A stretch of DNA of 64,000 nt, taken from NCBI GenBank assembly GCA_040767425.1, contig JAXGON010000001.1, positions 5,477-69,476 of the forward strand. The letters run 5' to 3'. Positions 7,440 through 16,923 of the stretch are shown piece by piece. This DNA is from Anaerolineae bacterium (GTDB taxonomy: Bacteria; Chloroflexota; Anaerolineae; UBA1429). Position numbers and translations under genes: made by a program. The first letter of the stretch is position 1, and each line of letters opens with the position of its first letter. The notes beneath the pieces were generated by a model that made no database searches, was not told the DNA's origin, and worked only from the letters and a program-made list of their open reading frames with translations.

Positions 7440-8777
7440 ATGAACGCCAAGGGCGCTTTTCCAGAGGGATTCGTGTGGGGCACCGCCACCGCCTCGTTCC
7501 AGATCGAGGGGGGGAGGACCGAGCGAGGGCGCTGCATCTGGGATGACTTTTGCGACTGGCCGGGCAAGGTCTTCCAGGGTCATTCGGGCGATGTGGCCGA
7601 TGACCACTATCACCTCTTTCGTGATGATGTGGCGTTGATGGCCAGGATGGGCCTTGGGGCCTATCGCTTCTCGATCTCCTGGCCGCGGGTGCAGCCTGAC
7701 GGCCAGGGCGACGTCAACGCCAAGGGGCTCGATTTCTACGACGCGCTGGTCGATGAGCTGCTCGAACACGGCATCGCACCCTATATCACCTTGTACCACT
7801 GGGATCTACCCAGTGCCCTGCAGAGCATTGGGGGTTGGGTGGTGCGCGATACCACCGCACGCTTCCGCGACTATGCGGCGATGGTGGCCGAACGCCTGGG
7901 CGACCGCGTTTCGCACTGGATCACACACAACGAGCCTTGGGTAGTGGCTTTTCTGGGCAACCTCATGGGGGTTCACGCCCCGGGCTGGCAGGATATGGGC
8001 GCGGCCTTGCAGGTGGCGCATCACTTGTTGTTATCCCACGGCATGACGGTGCCCGTGCTGCGCGACGCGTGTGGCGAGGACGCCCAGATCGGCATCACCC
8101 TGAACCTCTCGCCGATGTATGCCGCGACCGATAGCGAAGATGATCGCCAGGCGCAACGCATTGCCGATGGCTTTGCCAACCGCTGGTTCCTGGATCCGGT
8201 GCTGCGGGGCGCCTATCCCGAGGATATGTGCGCCCTGTACGACTGGCGCCTGCCCAACGTGGCCCCTGGCGATCTGGATGTCATCCACACGCCCATCGAT
8301 TTCCTCGGCATCAACAACTACTCGCGACAGGTGGTCACCCGACGCGATGAAGGGTTGTTTGGCTATGGCACCGTGCGGCCCGAGGGGCAATACACGGCCA
8401 TGGACTGGGAGGTGTTCCCGCAAGGGTTGGAGGACCTGTTGGTGCGGCTGGGGCGTGACTACCCAGGCACCGACTTTTATATCACCGAGAACGGCTCATC
8501 CTGGGAGGATCGGGTCAGCGAGGATGGCCGGGTCCATGACCCGCAGCGCGAGCGCTACCTGCGCGCGTACCTGCAGGCCTGCGCCCGGGCGATTGCGCAA
8601 GGCGTGCCGCTGCGCGGTTACTTTGCTTGGTCGTTGTTGGATAACTTTGAGTGGGCCTATGGGTATAGCCGACGATTTGGCCTGGTGTATGTGGACTTTG
8701 AGACCCAACAGCGCATCATCAAGGATAGCGGCGAGGCCTATGCGCGCATCGCTCGCGCCAACGCCTGGGATGCATAA
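7440..8777 (+). CDS. bglA: GH1 family beta-glucosidase.
   Basis: Contains FVWGTATASFQIEGG, the catalytic acid TLYHWDLP...NEP, the nucleophile motif ITENG, and a C-terminal FAWSLLDNFEWAYGYSRRFGLVYVD. Confidence 0.9.
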   Translation: MNAKGAFPEGFVWGTATASFQIEGGRTERGRCIWDDFCDWPGKVFQGHSGDVADDHYHLFRDDVALMARMGLGAYRFSISWPRVQPDGQGDVNAKGLDFYDALVDELLEHGIAPYITLYHWDLPSALQSIGGWVVRDTTARFRDYAAMVAERLGDRVSHWITHNEPWVVAFLGNLMGVHAPGWQDMGAALQVAHHLLLSHGMTVPVLRDACGEDAQIGITLNLSPMYAATDSEDDRQAQRIADGFANRWFLDPVLRGAYPEDMCALYDWRLPNVAPGDLDVIHTPIDFLGINNYSRQVVTRRDEGLFGYGTVRPEGQYTAMDWEVFPQGLEDLLVRLGRDYPGTDFYITENGSSWEDRVSEDGRVHDPQRERYLRAYLQACARAIAQGVPLRGYFAWSLLDNFEWAYGYSRRFGLVYVDFETQQRIIKDSGEAYARIARANAWDA

Positions 8778-8795
8778 CGGCAAGGAGAAGGGGCG

Positions 8796-10139
8796 ATGCA
8801 GCTAGCGCGGCTCAAGGAGCGGATCTGTCAGGCGATCGAGGCTCGTCACGATGACATCGTGGCGCTCGGCGAGGACATCCTGCGGCATCCGGAGCTCGGT
8901 TTCAAGGAGCATCGCACGGCGGGGCTGGTGGCCGAGCTCTTTCGCTCGCTGGGAATCCCCACCGAGACCGGCGTCGCGGTCACTGGCGTCATCGGCCGAC
9001 TGAGCGGGCGTGGGCAAGGCGCTACCGTGGCCTATATGGGCGAGATGGACTCGGTGCTGGTCCATGGGCACCCCTTTGAGGATCCAGAGACCGGGGCAGC
9101 CCACGCTTGCGGACACCACGCCCAGATCGCCAACCTGGCGGCCGTGGCCTACGGTCTGGTAGAAAGCGGCGCCATGGCGGAACTCGATGGCGATGTGCTC
9201 CTCATGGCGGTGCCGGCCGAAGAGTTCGTCGAGATCGACTATCGCTTGAGCCTGCGCGACCAGGGCATCATCCGCTTCTTGGGCGGCAAGCAAGAGCTCA
9301 TCCGGCTGGGCGCGCTTGAAGGGGTCGATATCGTCCTTTCGACGCACCAGGGGGCGCGCGCAGAGGGCGGCAGCTTTTCGGCGGGTGGGGCCTGCAACGG
9401 CTGTGTGGTCAAGCGGGCTCGCTACCTGGGCAAAGCGGCCCACGCAGGCGGGGCTCCCCACGAAGGGATCAACGCCTTGGCGGCGGCCACCGTGGCTCTG
9501 CACGCCATCGATGCCAACCGCGAGACGTTCCGCGATGACGACCATATCCGCGTGCATCCGATCATGACCCGCGGCGGCGACCTGGTGAACGTGATCCCGT
9601 CCGATGCGCGGCTGGAGATGTACGTCCGTGGGGCCAGCACCGAGGCCATCGCGGCGGCGGCCAAGCGCGTGGATCGCGCCCTGGTGGCGGGGGCGTTGGC
9701 GCTGGGAGCCGAGGCCGAGATCGAGAGCATCCCCGGCTACCAGCCGCGACGGCCTTGCAGCGAGCTGGCGCGGCTGTATCAGGCCGAGGCTGTGGCCCTG
9801 GTAGGAGAGGAGGGCTGGTGGGATAGTGGATTCGGCGCGGGTTCCACCGACCTGGGCGACGTGAGCTTGCTGATGCCGGTGCTAGAAGCGGTGGCCAACG
9901 GGTGCCGCGGCATCGGGCACGGCGCCGACTTTTTGGTGCATGATCCGGACCTGGCCTATGTCCTGCCGGGCAAGGTGGCAGGGCGGTCGGTGGTGGAGCT
10001 CTTGGCCAACGACGCCGCCCGTGCGCGCGCCATCGCCGAGGCGTACCAGCCACCCATGACGCGGGACGCTTACCTGGAGCATATGGCCTCGCAGGAGATG
10101 CTGTACCGGTGGCGGCCGGGGTTGCCGGCGGGGGAGTAG
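8796..10139 (+). CDS. M20 family peptidase/amidohydrolase (M20D-like).
   Basis: ORF of 447 aa with the metal-ligand motifs HACGHH...EE and the M20 dimerisation-domain pattern. A GAAGGGG Shine-Dalgarno precedes the ATG. Confidence 0.8.
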   Translation: MQLARLKERICQAIEARHDDIVALGEDILRHPELGFKEHRTAGLVAELFRSLGIPTETGVAVTGVIGRLSGRGQGATVAYMGEMDSVLVHGHPFEDPETGAAHACGHHAQIANLAAVAYGLVESGAMAELDGDVLLMAVPAEEFVEIDYRLSLRDQGIIRFLGGKQELIRLGALEGVDIVLSTHQGARAEGGSFSAGGACNGCVVKRARYLGKAAHAGGAPHEGINALAAATVALHAIDANRETFRDDDHIRVHPIMTRGGDLVNVIPSDARLEMYVRGASTEAIAAAAKRVDRALVAGALALGAEAEIESIPGYQPRRPCSELARLYQAEAVALVGEEGWWDSGFGAGSTDLGDVSLLMPVLEAVANGCRGIGHGADFLVHDPDLAYVLPGKVAGRSVVELLANDAARARAIAEAYQPPMTRDAYLEHMASQEMLYRWRPGLPAGE

Positions 10140-10165
10140 GCCGTAGGCCGAAAGTGCAGGGCGGG

Positions 10166-10600
10166 TTACTCGTCGAGGGATGGCTTTCGGCGCAGGGCCT
10201 TGGTGCGGCCATGGTGTCGCTTGCTACGTAGGCGACGTTCGCGGGAGCCATGGGTGGGGCGCGTGGCGATGCGGCGCTTTGGCGGCTGGACCGCCTGGTA
10301 CAAGAGCCGCTGCAGACGCTCGACGACTTCTTGGCGGTTCCGCCACTGGCTGGGCGTGCTATCGGCCACCAGATGCAGGACGCCGCTGCTATCGATATGG
10401 CGCGCCAGCCGCTGTAGGACACGCTCGCGGATCGGCTCCGGCAGACTGGGGGAGCCGGCCACATCGAACAGCAGCTCCACGCGGCTGGCGGTGCGGTTCA
10501 CATTCTGGCCGCCCGGCCCCGATGCGCGACTGAACCGGAAGCTGACCTCGGCTAGCGGGATGGCCAGGCCGGAGCCAATCGGCAGCGTCTCCTCGGTCAT
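10166..10600 (-). CDS. arfB: Alternative ribosome-rescue factor ArfB (peptidyl-tRNA hydrolase, YaeJ family).
   Basis: Has the GGQ motif in SGPGGQNVNRTASRVEL and a basic C-terminal tail, KRRIATRPTHGSRERRLRSKRHHGRTKALRRK. Confidence 0.8.
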   Translation of the reverse strand: MTEETLPIGSGLAIPLAEVSFRFSRASGPGGQNVNRTASRVELLFDVAGSPSLPEPIRERVLQRLARHIDSSGVLHLVADSTPSQWRNRQEVVERLQRLLYQAVQPPKRRIATRPTHGSRERRLRSKRHHGRTKALRRKPSLDE

Positions 10601-12579
10601 GGCGTCGGTTCTTGAGCGACGCGTGAGAGCAGTCCGCAGAGGTCAGCGGCGTCGCCGTGCTGTACGATGGTGAGCTGGTCGCTGGCGTCCAGGGCTTGGT
10701 AAGCAGCGCGAGGCCAATTCATGCCGTTGCCCGCATCTAGCGCGCGCAAGGCGAGAGGGCGCGGCGCCACGGCGGCGGCCACGGCCGGCAGCAGCCCATA
10801 GCGGGCCCAGCCGGGCGCGAAGAGAGGCCCCAGGTAGGCGCGCTCATCGTCCCACGCCAGGGCGCCCAGATCGGCATACACCGCGGACACCGCCGGATCC
10901 AGCGCGCCCGCCAGCAACGACCAGGCCCCTGCACCACGAATGCCTGCTATGGTGATCGGCACCCCCGGCCACCTGGCCCGCATCCATGCCAGGGCGGTCA
11001 GCACGTCCCGTATCTGTTCCCCCAAGATCGGCGGATTGTAGGTGGCCCAGAACCAGTCGCCGTCGCGGCGGGCGAGGGCTTCGGGCGGGGCCGCTACAGT
11101 TCCCAAGGGCGAGATGGTCAGCACGGCGCGGTCGCCCGCCAGGGCGGCCTCTAGCCACGCGGTGGGATGTCCCGCTAGGTCTAGCAAGCCCTCCACGCCG
11201 GCGGGGTGCAGCAATAGGAGCGCCGACTTGACCTGGGTTGGCTGCCACAGCCGCCCTGGCACCAGGGTGCCGCGAGCGGGGTATCGCAGGGTGATCGGCC
11301 GCCCCAAGGGCGACTCGACCAGGTTCGTGTGGTCCTCTTGGACGGCACAGACTTCTGGTGCGGGCGGGACGATGCTCAGGATATGCTGCAAGCGGGTACG
11401 CATACGGAGGGTGTGCTGTCGAGCCGACGTCGCATCGCTCGGCATCTCCGCCTTGGCAGCCGCCAAAGCCCTCTCCCGCAAGGCGCGCATGGATTCCGGC
11501 GCGCGCTGATAGCCATCGGGCAGCTCTCCACGGGGGAATACCCGCAACTGCTCGTCGGGATGCTCGGCGTAGGGTCTCTCGGCCGCCACAGCTTCATCCG
11601 CGGTCTGCAAGAACCAGCGCGCGAACCAGCGGTAGACGTGGGCGCGGCTGGCGGCGTGATAGTTATGGGGCGCATCCTCTTGAACACAGTGAACACGGTC
11701 GGTGGCATCATAGAGGGCATAGATGCTGCGAATGGCGGGATACTCGACCCTAGGCGTATTGACCGTCCAGTCGCCCGTGGCCGAGACCAGCAGGAGCGGC
11801 CGTGGCGCCGCCAGCGCGGCGATCTCGACGTTGTGGGTGTCTGTTCTCAAGCCCGGAGCATTCTCGCACACGCAGCCGCCCTGGTAGTGCGCCGAGATCA
11901 TGTTCACGGGCGCCAACACGGCGATACGTGGGTCCAGCGCGCCCAGCATGAACGTTTGGGTGCCGCCGCCCGAGGCGCCCGGGGCATCCCGGCGGTTTGG
12001 GTCGACATAGGGTAGGGCTTGGGGCAGTAAGTCGGCGGCTCGGATGCTGTCCTGCACCTGGAGGGCCATGGGCTCAGCCCCCAGAGGGCTGCCTCTCTGG
12101 ATGCATGGCGGTGCTCTAGCACCTGCAGGCCGTTGTAGCCGACCATGTCATACGCCAGAGCAGGCGCCATCCCCATGCGCGCAACTGATGCAGCGGGCCC
12201 GCACCGACCCGCGCGGCCCGTCTTCCAGGCGCCCGTGCTCCCAATGCCCATGGGGGTTGAGGATGGCGGGGATGCGCCCCTCAGGCTCGGGAGGGCGATA
12301 CAGATTGCCTGTGCACAGAAACCCAGGTCGGCTCTGGAACCAGACCCGCTCGACCACATAGCCTTCGCCCTCTCCGCAGGGGCTGACGTGGGCGTCCAGC
12401 GGGCAGGCCTGCCCGTCCTGCTCGAGTCCCAGGACGGTTCGTAGATGGTCCCGCAGGTAGGTGGAGCGGGCCTCCCAGGCGGCCAGATCGGTGGGCAGAT
12501 CGACGGCATAGGCCTGGTCCAGCGACCGATGATGCCAATGGCGGGCGTCGCTCATGGGGTTCTCTGGTTGGCTGGCCAT
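10597..12579 (-). pseudogene. Alpha/beta-hydrolase family gene (acetyl-xylan-esterase-like/Abhydrolase_7-like N-terminal domain plus a second hydrolase-like domain), interrupted. ORFs 12148..12579 and 10597..12069 lie in the same frame separated by a TGA, and the intervening segment reads better in another frame.
   Basis: The N-terminal piece ends ...PAILNPHGHWEHGRLEDGPRGSVRARCISCA. The downstream piece resumes MALQVQDSIRAADLLPQALPYVDPNRRDAPGASGGGTQTF (nucleophile GASGG) and later NMISAHYQGG...DAPHNYH. Between them the alternate frame reads RMGMAPALAYDMVGYNGLQVLEHRHASREAALWGLS, which looks like genuine protein. An RBS GGAGGG sits before the ATG at 12579. Confidence 0.6.
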
Positions 12580-12600
12580 CAGCCCTCCTTCGATGCGAAC

Positions 12601-12627
12601 GCGGGCCGCAACAAACGTGCGGCCCGC
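12601..12627 (-). terminator. GC-rich hairpin between the MIPS stop and the hydrolase start: a candidate terminator or attenuator with no clear U-tract.
   Basis: GCGGGCCGC, a 9-nt loop, then GCGGCCCGC (perfect 9-bp stem). On the minus strand it is followed by the RBS GGAGGG and the ATG of the hydrolase. Confidence 0.35.
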
Positions 12628-12642
12628 GCTTCCGACGGCGCT

Positions 12643-13716
12643 CTAGTCGCCGTTGGCGATCCAGGCTTCGAGCTGCCGCCGCGCCTCGTCATCGTCGAGC
12701 TGATGGGGCGGCGACTTCATAAAGTAGGCCGAGGCGGGCACGACCGCCCCCGCCAGTCCACGGTCCTTGGCGATCTTGCAGCAACGTACCGCATCGATGA
12801 CCACGCCGGCCGAGTTAGGCGAGTCCCACACCTCGAGCTTGAGCTCTAGACGCAGCGGTATCTCTCCAAAGGTGGTGCCATTCATGTGGATATAGCAAAA
12901 CTTGCGGTCGGTCAACCACGGCACATAGTCACTAGGGCCCACATGGACGTGGTCGGGATCGATTCGATAGTCTAGCTGGCTAGTCACGGCGTCGGTCTTG
13001 CTGATCTTTTTCGATTCGAGCCGCTCGCGCTCGAGCATGTTGAAAAAGTCCATGTTGCCGCCAAAGTTGAGCTGATAGGTATCATCCAGGCGGACGCCGC
13101 GGTTCTGGAACAGGCGCGTCAGCACGCGATGGGTGATGGTAGCGCCGAGTTGGCTCTTGACGTCGTCGCCGATGATGGGCAAGCCGCGCTCACGGAAGCG
13201 CTCCTGCCAATAGGCCTCGCGGGCGATGAACACGGGGATGCAGTTGACCATGCCGCACCCTGCGTCCAGGATTTGCTGGACGTACCATTTGGTGGCCATC
13301 TCGGAGCCAACAGGCAGAAAGTTGACCACGACGTCAGTCTGGGTATCCCTCAGGATCTGCACGATGTTGTCGGTCGGTCCAGGCGCCTTCTCGATCCTTT
13401 GGCTCAGGTACTTGGCAATACCATCATGGGTCATGCCCCGATGAACGGGGATCCCCATGGGCGGCACGTCGGCGAACTTGATAGTGTTATTGGGCCCCGA
13501 CCAGATCGCCTCGGAGAGGTCTTTGCCAACCTTGGCGGCGTCGATATCAAAGGCGGCCGTGAACTCGATGTCCCCCACGTGATAGTTGCCGAGGCGGGGG
13601 TGCATCAGCCCGGGGATGAACTGATCCTCAGGCGCATGTTGGTAGAACTGGACGCCCTGCACCAAGGCGGCGGCGCAGTTGCCCACGCCGATGATGGCCA
13701 CGCGAACTTTGGGCAT
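12643..13716 (-). CDS. Myo-inositol-1-phosphate synthase (archaeal/bacterial short form).
   Basis: N-terminal [25 protein letters not shown] gives the Rossmann fold, and the family pattern holds throughout (NFGGNMDF, catalytic region). 357 aa. Confidence 0.85.
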   Translation of the reverse strand: MPKVRVAIIGVGNCAAALVQGVQFYQHAPEDQFIPGLMHPRLGNYHVGDIEFTAAFDIDAAKVGKDLSEAIWSGPNNTIKFADVPPMGIPVHRGMTHDGIAKYLSQRIEKAPGPTDNIVQILRDTQTDVVVNFLPVGSEMATKWYVQQILDAGCGMVNCIPVFIAREAYWQERFRERGLPIIGDDVKSQLGATITHRVLTRLFQNRGVRLDDTYQLNFGGNMDFFNMLERERLESKKISKTDAVTSQLDYRIDPDHVHVGPSDYVPWLTDRKFCYIHMNGTTFGEIPLRLELKLEVWDSPNSAGVVIDAVRCCKIAKDRGLAGAVVPASAYFMKSPPHQLDDDEARRQLEAWIANGD

Positions 13717-13790
13717 AGTTTCCCCCTACTGTGGATGTGATAGCTTCAAGCAAAATACTGCGCCGATAGTAGGCGCGCTCTTGCAGGTCG

Positions 13791-15005
13791 TCAAGACCTC
13801 CAGGCCCGCTGGATCTTGCGCGCCGCGCGAGCAATGTCCAGAATATCCTCTCTTTCTGATAGCAGGATACTCTGCATCAACCAAAGCCCCCGACGGCCAG
13901 CCTCTTCCGCCACAGGGCAGGAGGCCTGGGGTGGTTCGGGCAGGCCCAGTCGGCGGGCGATATAGGCTGAGCGCTCCACGATGACGCGCGTGCGATGCAA
14001 CGGCTCACCATAGCCCGTCACGATGGGGATCCCCTCGGCCTGGATCGCCCGCGCAAAGTCCGCGGCGGAGCGCCCGCCAAAGGCGTCGGGCTGATACCAC
14101 ATCTTGAAGATATGATAGGCGTTGCGGGTGACGCGGGGGTCGCCTGGCAGTGGATCCAGCCCGTCGATATCGGCCAGGGCCTCGCGGAGGGTGGCGGCCC
14201 GCGCCGAGCGCACGGCGGCCTGCTCCTCCAGACGCTCAAGCTGGACGCGGATGATCGCGGCCTCCCACTCGGCCAGGCGATAGTTGCTGGCTAGGGTGTG
14301 GTGTTCGTACCAACCGCCGGTCCGGGATCGGCCTACATTGTGGACGGACCAGCATCGTTCGGCCAGATCGTCGTCGTTCGTGAGGATGATGCCGCCCTCG
14401 CCGCCGGTGACGTTCTTGCTGGCCTGAAAGCTAAAGGTGCCCATTTGGCCGATGGCCCCCACCGCGCGCCCCTGCCAGCGCGCGCCATGGGCCTGGGCCG
14501 CGTCCTCGATGACGACCAGCCCGTGGCGGGCCGCGATCTCGTTGATGGCGTCCATATCGGCTGGCTCGCCGCCGATGTGGACGGGTAGGATCGCCTTGGT
14601 GCGAGCGGTGATCAACGGCTCGATGCCAGATGGATCCATGTTCCAGGTGTCGGGTAGCACATCCGTGAAACGAGGGATCGCGCCCACCAACAAGGGTGTG
14701 TTCGCGGTGGCGATGAATGTGTAAGGCGTCGTGATCACCTCGTCGCCCCAATCGATGCCAGCGGCGCGAAGGGCCACCTCGATGGCGATGCTGCCGTTGC
14801 ACACGGCGATGGCGTGCTTGGCGTCGTGGGCCTGAGCGAACTCGGCCTCCATGGCGCTGACTTTTACGCCGCTCTGCGACCACCACCGACCAGAGTGAAC
14901 GACATCGGTGATCGCCTCGACCTCGCGTTGGTCCCAGATGGGCCAGCGCGGAAACGGCCGACTGCGGAGCGGCGTCCCGCCGTCGATAGCTAGCTTTTGT
15001 GGCAT
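13791..15005 (-). CDS. DegT/DnrJ/EryC1/StrS family PLP-dependent aminotransferase.
   Basis: Contains the FSFQASKNVTGGEGG lysine motif, the CNGSIAIEVALRA pattern and the TTPYTFIATAN pattern. It sits immediately upstream of the MIPS gene on the same strand with a 74-bp gap. Confidence 0.85.
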   Translation of the reverse strand: MPQKLAIDGGTPLRSRPFPRWPIWDQREVEAITDVVHSGRWWSQSGVKVSAMEAEFAQAHDAKHAIAVCNGSIAIEVALRAAGIDWGDEVITTPYTFIATANTPLLVGAIPRFTDVLPDTWNMDPSGIEPLITARTKAILPVHIGGEPADMDAINEIAARHGLVVIEDAAQAHGARWQGRAVGAIGQMGTFSFQASKNVTGGEGGIILTNDDDLAERCWSVHNVGRSRTGGWYEHHTLASNYRLAEWEAAIIRVQLERLEEQAAVRSARAATLREALADIDGLDPLPGDPRVTRNAYHIFKMWYQPDAFGGRSAADFARAIQAEGIPIVTGYGEPLHRTRVIVERSAYIARRLGLPEPPQASCPVAEEAGRRGLWLMQSILLSEREDILDIARAARKIQRAWRS

Positions 15006-15114
15006 GTCACTTTCTCCTGTACCAAGGACGCGATGCTAGGTCATCGTAGCCGCTTGGGACCCCTTAGGTCAACTTGGTGCGATTCTGTGGCTGCGCTAGA
15101 ATGCTTCAAAGGAG

Positions 15115-15702
15115 ATGACCATGAACGATGAGCGACTGGCTACTATGATCCGTCTGCGAGATGGCCGCGAGGCCCGCGTGCGCCCACTCGAGCGCGAGGA
15201 TGCCGAGACGCTGGGGGATTTCTTTTGTGGGCTCTCGGAAAAGACCCGCAGCACGTACGGTCCGCACCCGTTTGGGCGCGATACGGCCGCCGAGCTGTGC
15301 GCCGCCGCGGACGACCCGCGCACGATTCGATTCGTCGCCGTGCTGGAGGATGAGACGCCCCACGCCGAGATCATCGCCTATATGATCCTCTCGCGGCACA
15401 TCTGGGATGGCGATCGCAGCCGCTATGGCGAGACGGTCCCCTGGGAGACGACAGCTTGCCTGGCGCCCGTGGTGGCCGATGCTCACCAGGGCCAAGGCCT
15501 GGGTAGCGCCATGGGGCGTCACGTGCTGGCCTGCGCGCGGGCCCTGGGTCTTTCGCACGTGATTTTGATGGGCGGCGTGATGGATGAGAACCCGCGCGCA
15601 CGGCGCGTCTATGAAAAGCTGGGGTTCGAGTTCGCGCGCAGCTTTGAGACCGAGGCTGGCGGCCAGCGTCGCCTTAACCATGACATGGTAGTGACGCTCT
15701 AG
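15115..15702 (+). CDS. GNAT family N-acetyltransferase.
   Basis: Acetyl-CoA binding motif QGQGLGSAMGRH...A. An AAAGGAG Shine-Dalgarno lies immediately upstream. Divergent from the DegT gene. Confidence 0.75.
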   Translation: MTMNDERLATMIRLRDGREARVRPLEREDAETLGDFFCGLSEKTRSTYGPHPFGRDTAAELCAAADDPRTIRFVAVLEDETPHAEIIAYMILSRHIWDGDRSRYGETVPWETTACLAPVVADAHQGQGLGSAMGRHVLACARALGLSHVILMGGVMDENPRARRVYEKLGFEFARSFETEAGGQRRLNHDMVVTL

Positions 15703-15875
15703 GGCCTGGGCAGTCAGCCCTGGCGGGATCTGTGGCTATCAGGGGGCTGCTGAGGGTGGTTCCCAGCCGACAAAAGACTAGCGCCGATGCCTTGGGTTGT
15801 CTGGTAGCGAGCATGCTCTCTTTGCGACGCAGAGTGGGCCTGCCCAGTGTGGTGTGGTAGAGCGAGGGGGAATAC

Positions 15876-16889
15876 GTGAGCCATCTGGTGGCGTTCGCCA
15901 GTCTGCCGTTTGGGATGCGAGGTGGCGAGTATCCCGTGGCAGTCGGCGACGGGCAGGTGCTGGTGCGCGTCGCCGACCAGCGATTCAACCCCTTTCTCTC
16001 GGTCACCTCGCGACCCGAGCTGGCCCAGAGCTTGCCCCAAGGGCGTATCGATGATCGGTTCACCAGCTATACCTGGTACGATCACCCCTTTCTCCTGCAA
16101 GTGGTTTTTGGGAGGAACGTGGCTGCGCTGGGGTCGATCAGCTCCATGGCGACGGTGGTGGAGCCCCTCCCGCGGCGCAGCCTCCGAGGCAGTCCCACTG
16201 TGTTGGACGAGCGCATGGAGCGGTTTGGGCAGCGAGCCATGCACGCCTGCAACACGGTCATTGCGGCGGTGCGGCGCAGGGCGCATCTGTATCAGCTTCT
16301 CGATCTCACCCGTGAGGACATCGAGATTACCATTCGCGACGACGCTGGCGCGGTGCTACGACACGATCCCGTGGAGGGCATCGTGGCCGAGCGTCAGGCC
16401 CGCGAGACTGAATCCTTTGATCTGGTAGATCGCGATGACGCCTGGTATCAGGAGTTGCGAGAGCATCTTGCGGAAGCTAGCGACTATTCGCTGGCTGAGG
16501 ATCTGTTGCTAGAGGCCGAACGCGCGTTGGCTCAACGTTTTGCGCGGCAGGCGGTGGCCACTTGCTATAGCGCCCTGGAGGCGGCGGCCGCGAGCCTATT
16601 GACGGCGCGCATGAAAGGGCATGGCCGTAGCGATCGGGAGATCGACGCTACGCTGGCGGGCAAGGGGCTGGCCTCCAAGCTCGATAGTCTGCTGCGTACG
16701 TATACGGGCTATAGCTTGCGGCGCGACAACCACGAGCTTTGGCACGAATTCTACGACTTTTTGGCCTTGCGGAACGACGTCGTGCACCGTGGGCTCTGTC
16801 CCAGCAACGAGCGGGTACGCGAGGCGATGCGCATCACGCGCAACATTATGGACTGGCTCGTTATGGTGACCGCCCGTGTAGGGACATGA
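15876..16889 (+). CDS. Hypothetical protein whose C-terminal region resembles a HEPN-like helical domain (R-x4-HRG motif).
   Basis: 337-aa ORF with a GTG start. I recognise no family for the N-terminal roughly 200 aa. The C-terminal roughly 120 aa is predicted helical and contains ...FLALRNDVVHRGLCP..., an R-x4-H motif characteristic of HEPN RNase domains. Confidence 0.5.
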   Translation: MSHLVAFASLPFGMRGGEYPVAVGDGQVLVRVADQRFNPFLSVTSRPELAQSLPQGRIDDRFTSYTWYDHPFLLQVVFGRNVAALGSISSMATVVEPLPRRSLRGSPTVLDERMERFGQRAMHACNTVIAAVRRRAHLYQLLDLTREDIEITIRDDAGAVLRHDPVEGIVAERQARETESFDLVDRDDAWYQELREHLAEASDYSLAEDLLLEAERALAQRFARQAVATCYSALEAAAASLLTARMKGHGRSDREIDATLAGKGLASKLDSLLRTYTGYSLRRDNHELWHEFYDFLALRNDVVHRGLCPSNERVREAMRITRNIMDWLVMVTARVGT

Positions 16890-16923
16890 TGCGGGCCGTA
16901 CGTAAAGACCTGTCGCGGGAGTC

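Noticed and set aside
7278-7440. The missing N-terminal half of the GAF/fRMsr gene encoded in another frame upstream (a frameshift rather than a truncation).
   Set aside because: I translated all three minus-strand frames of 7278-7440 and none shows GAF-like sequence. The region instead holds the repeat pair and the bglA promoter.
8802-10464. Long minus-strand ORFs (8802..9557, 9562..10464, 9422..9730) overlapping the M20 peptidase gene.
   Set aside because: Antisense frames of a confidently identified gene. The translations are Arg/Pro/Ala-rich with no recognisable domains.
12148-12150. Selenocysteine at the in-frame TGA inside the alpha/beta-hydrolase gene.
   Set aside because: No conserved Cys aligns with this position. 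The neighbouring alternate frame reads like the conserved protein segment, so frameshifts are more likely. No SECIS-like hairpin follows at the expected distance; only a weak CCAGAG...CUCUGG stem lies about 46 nt away.
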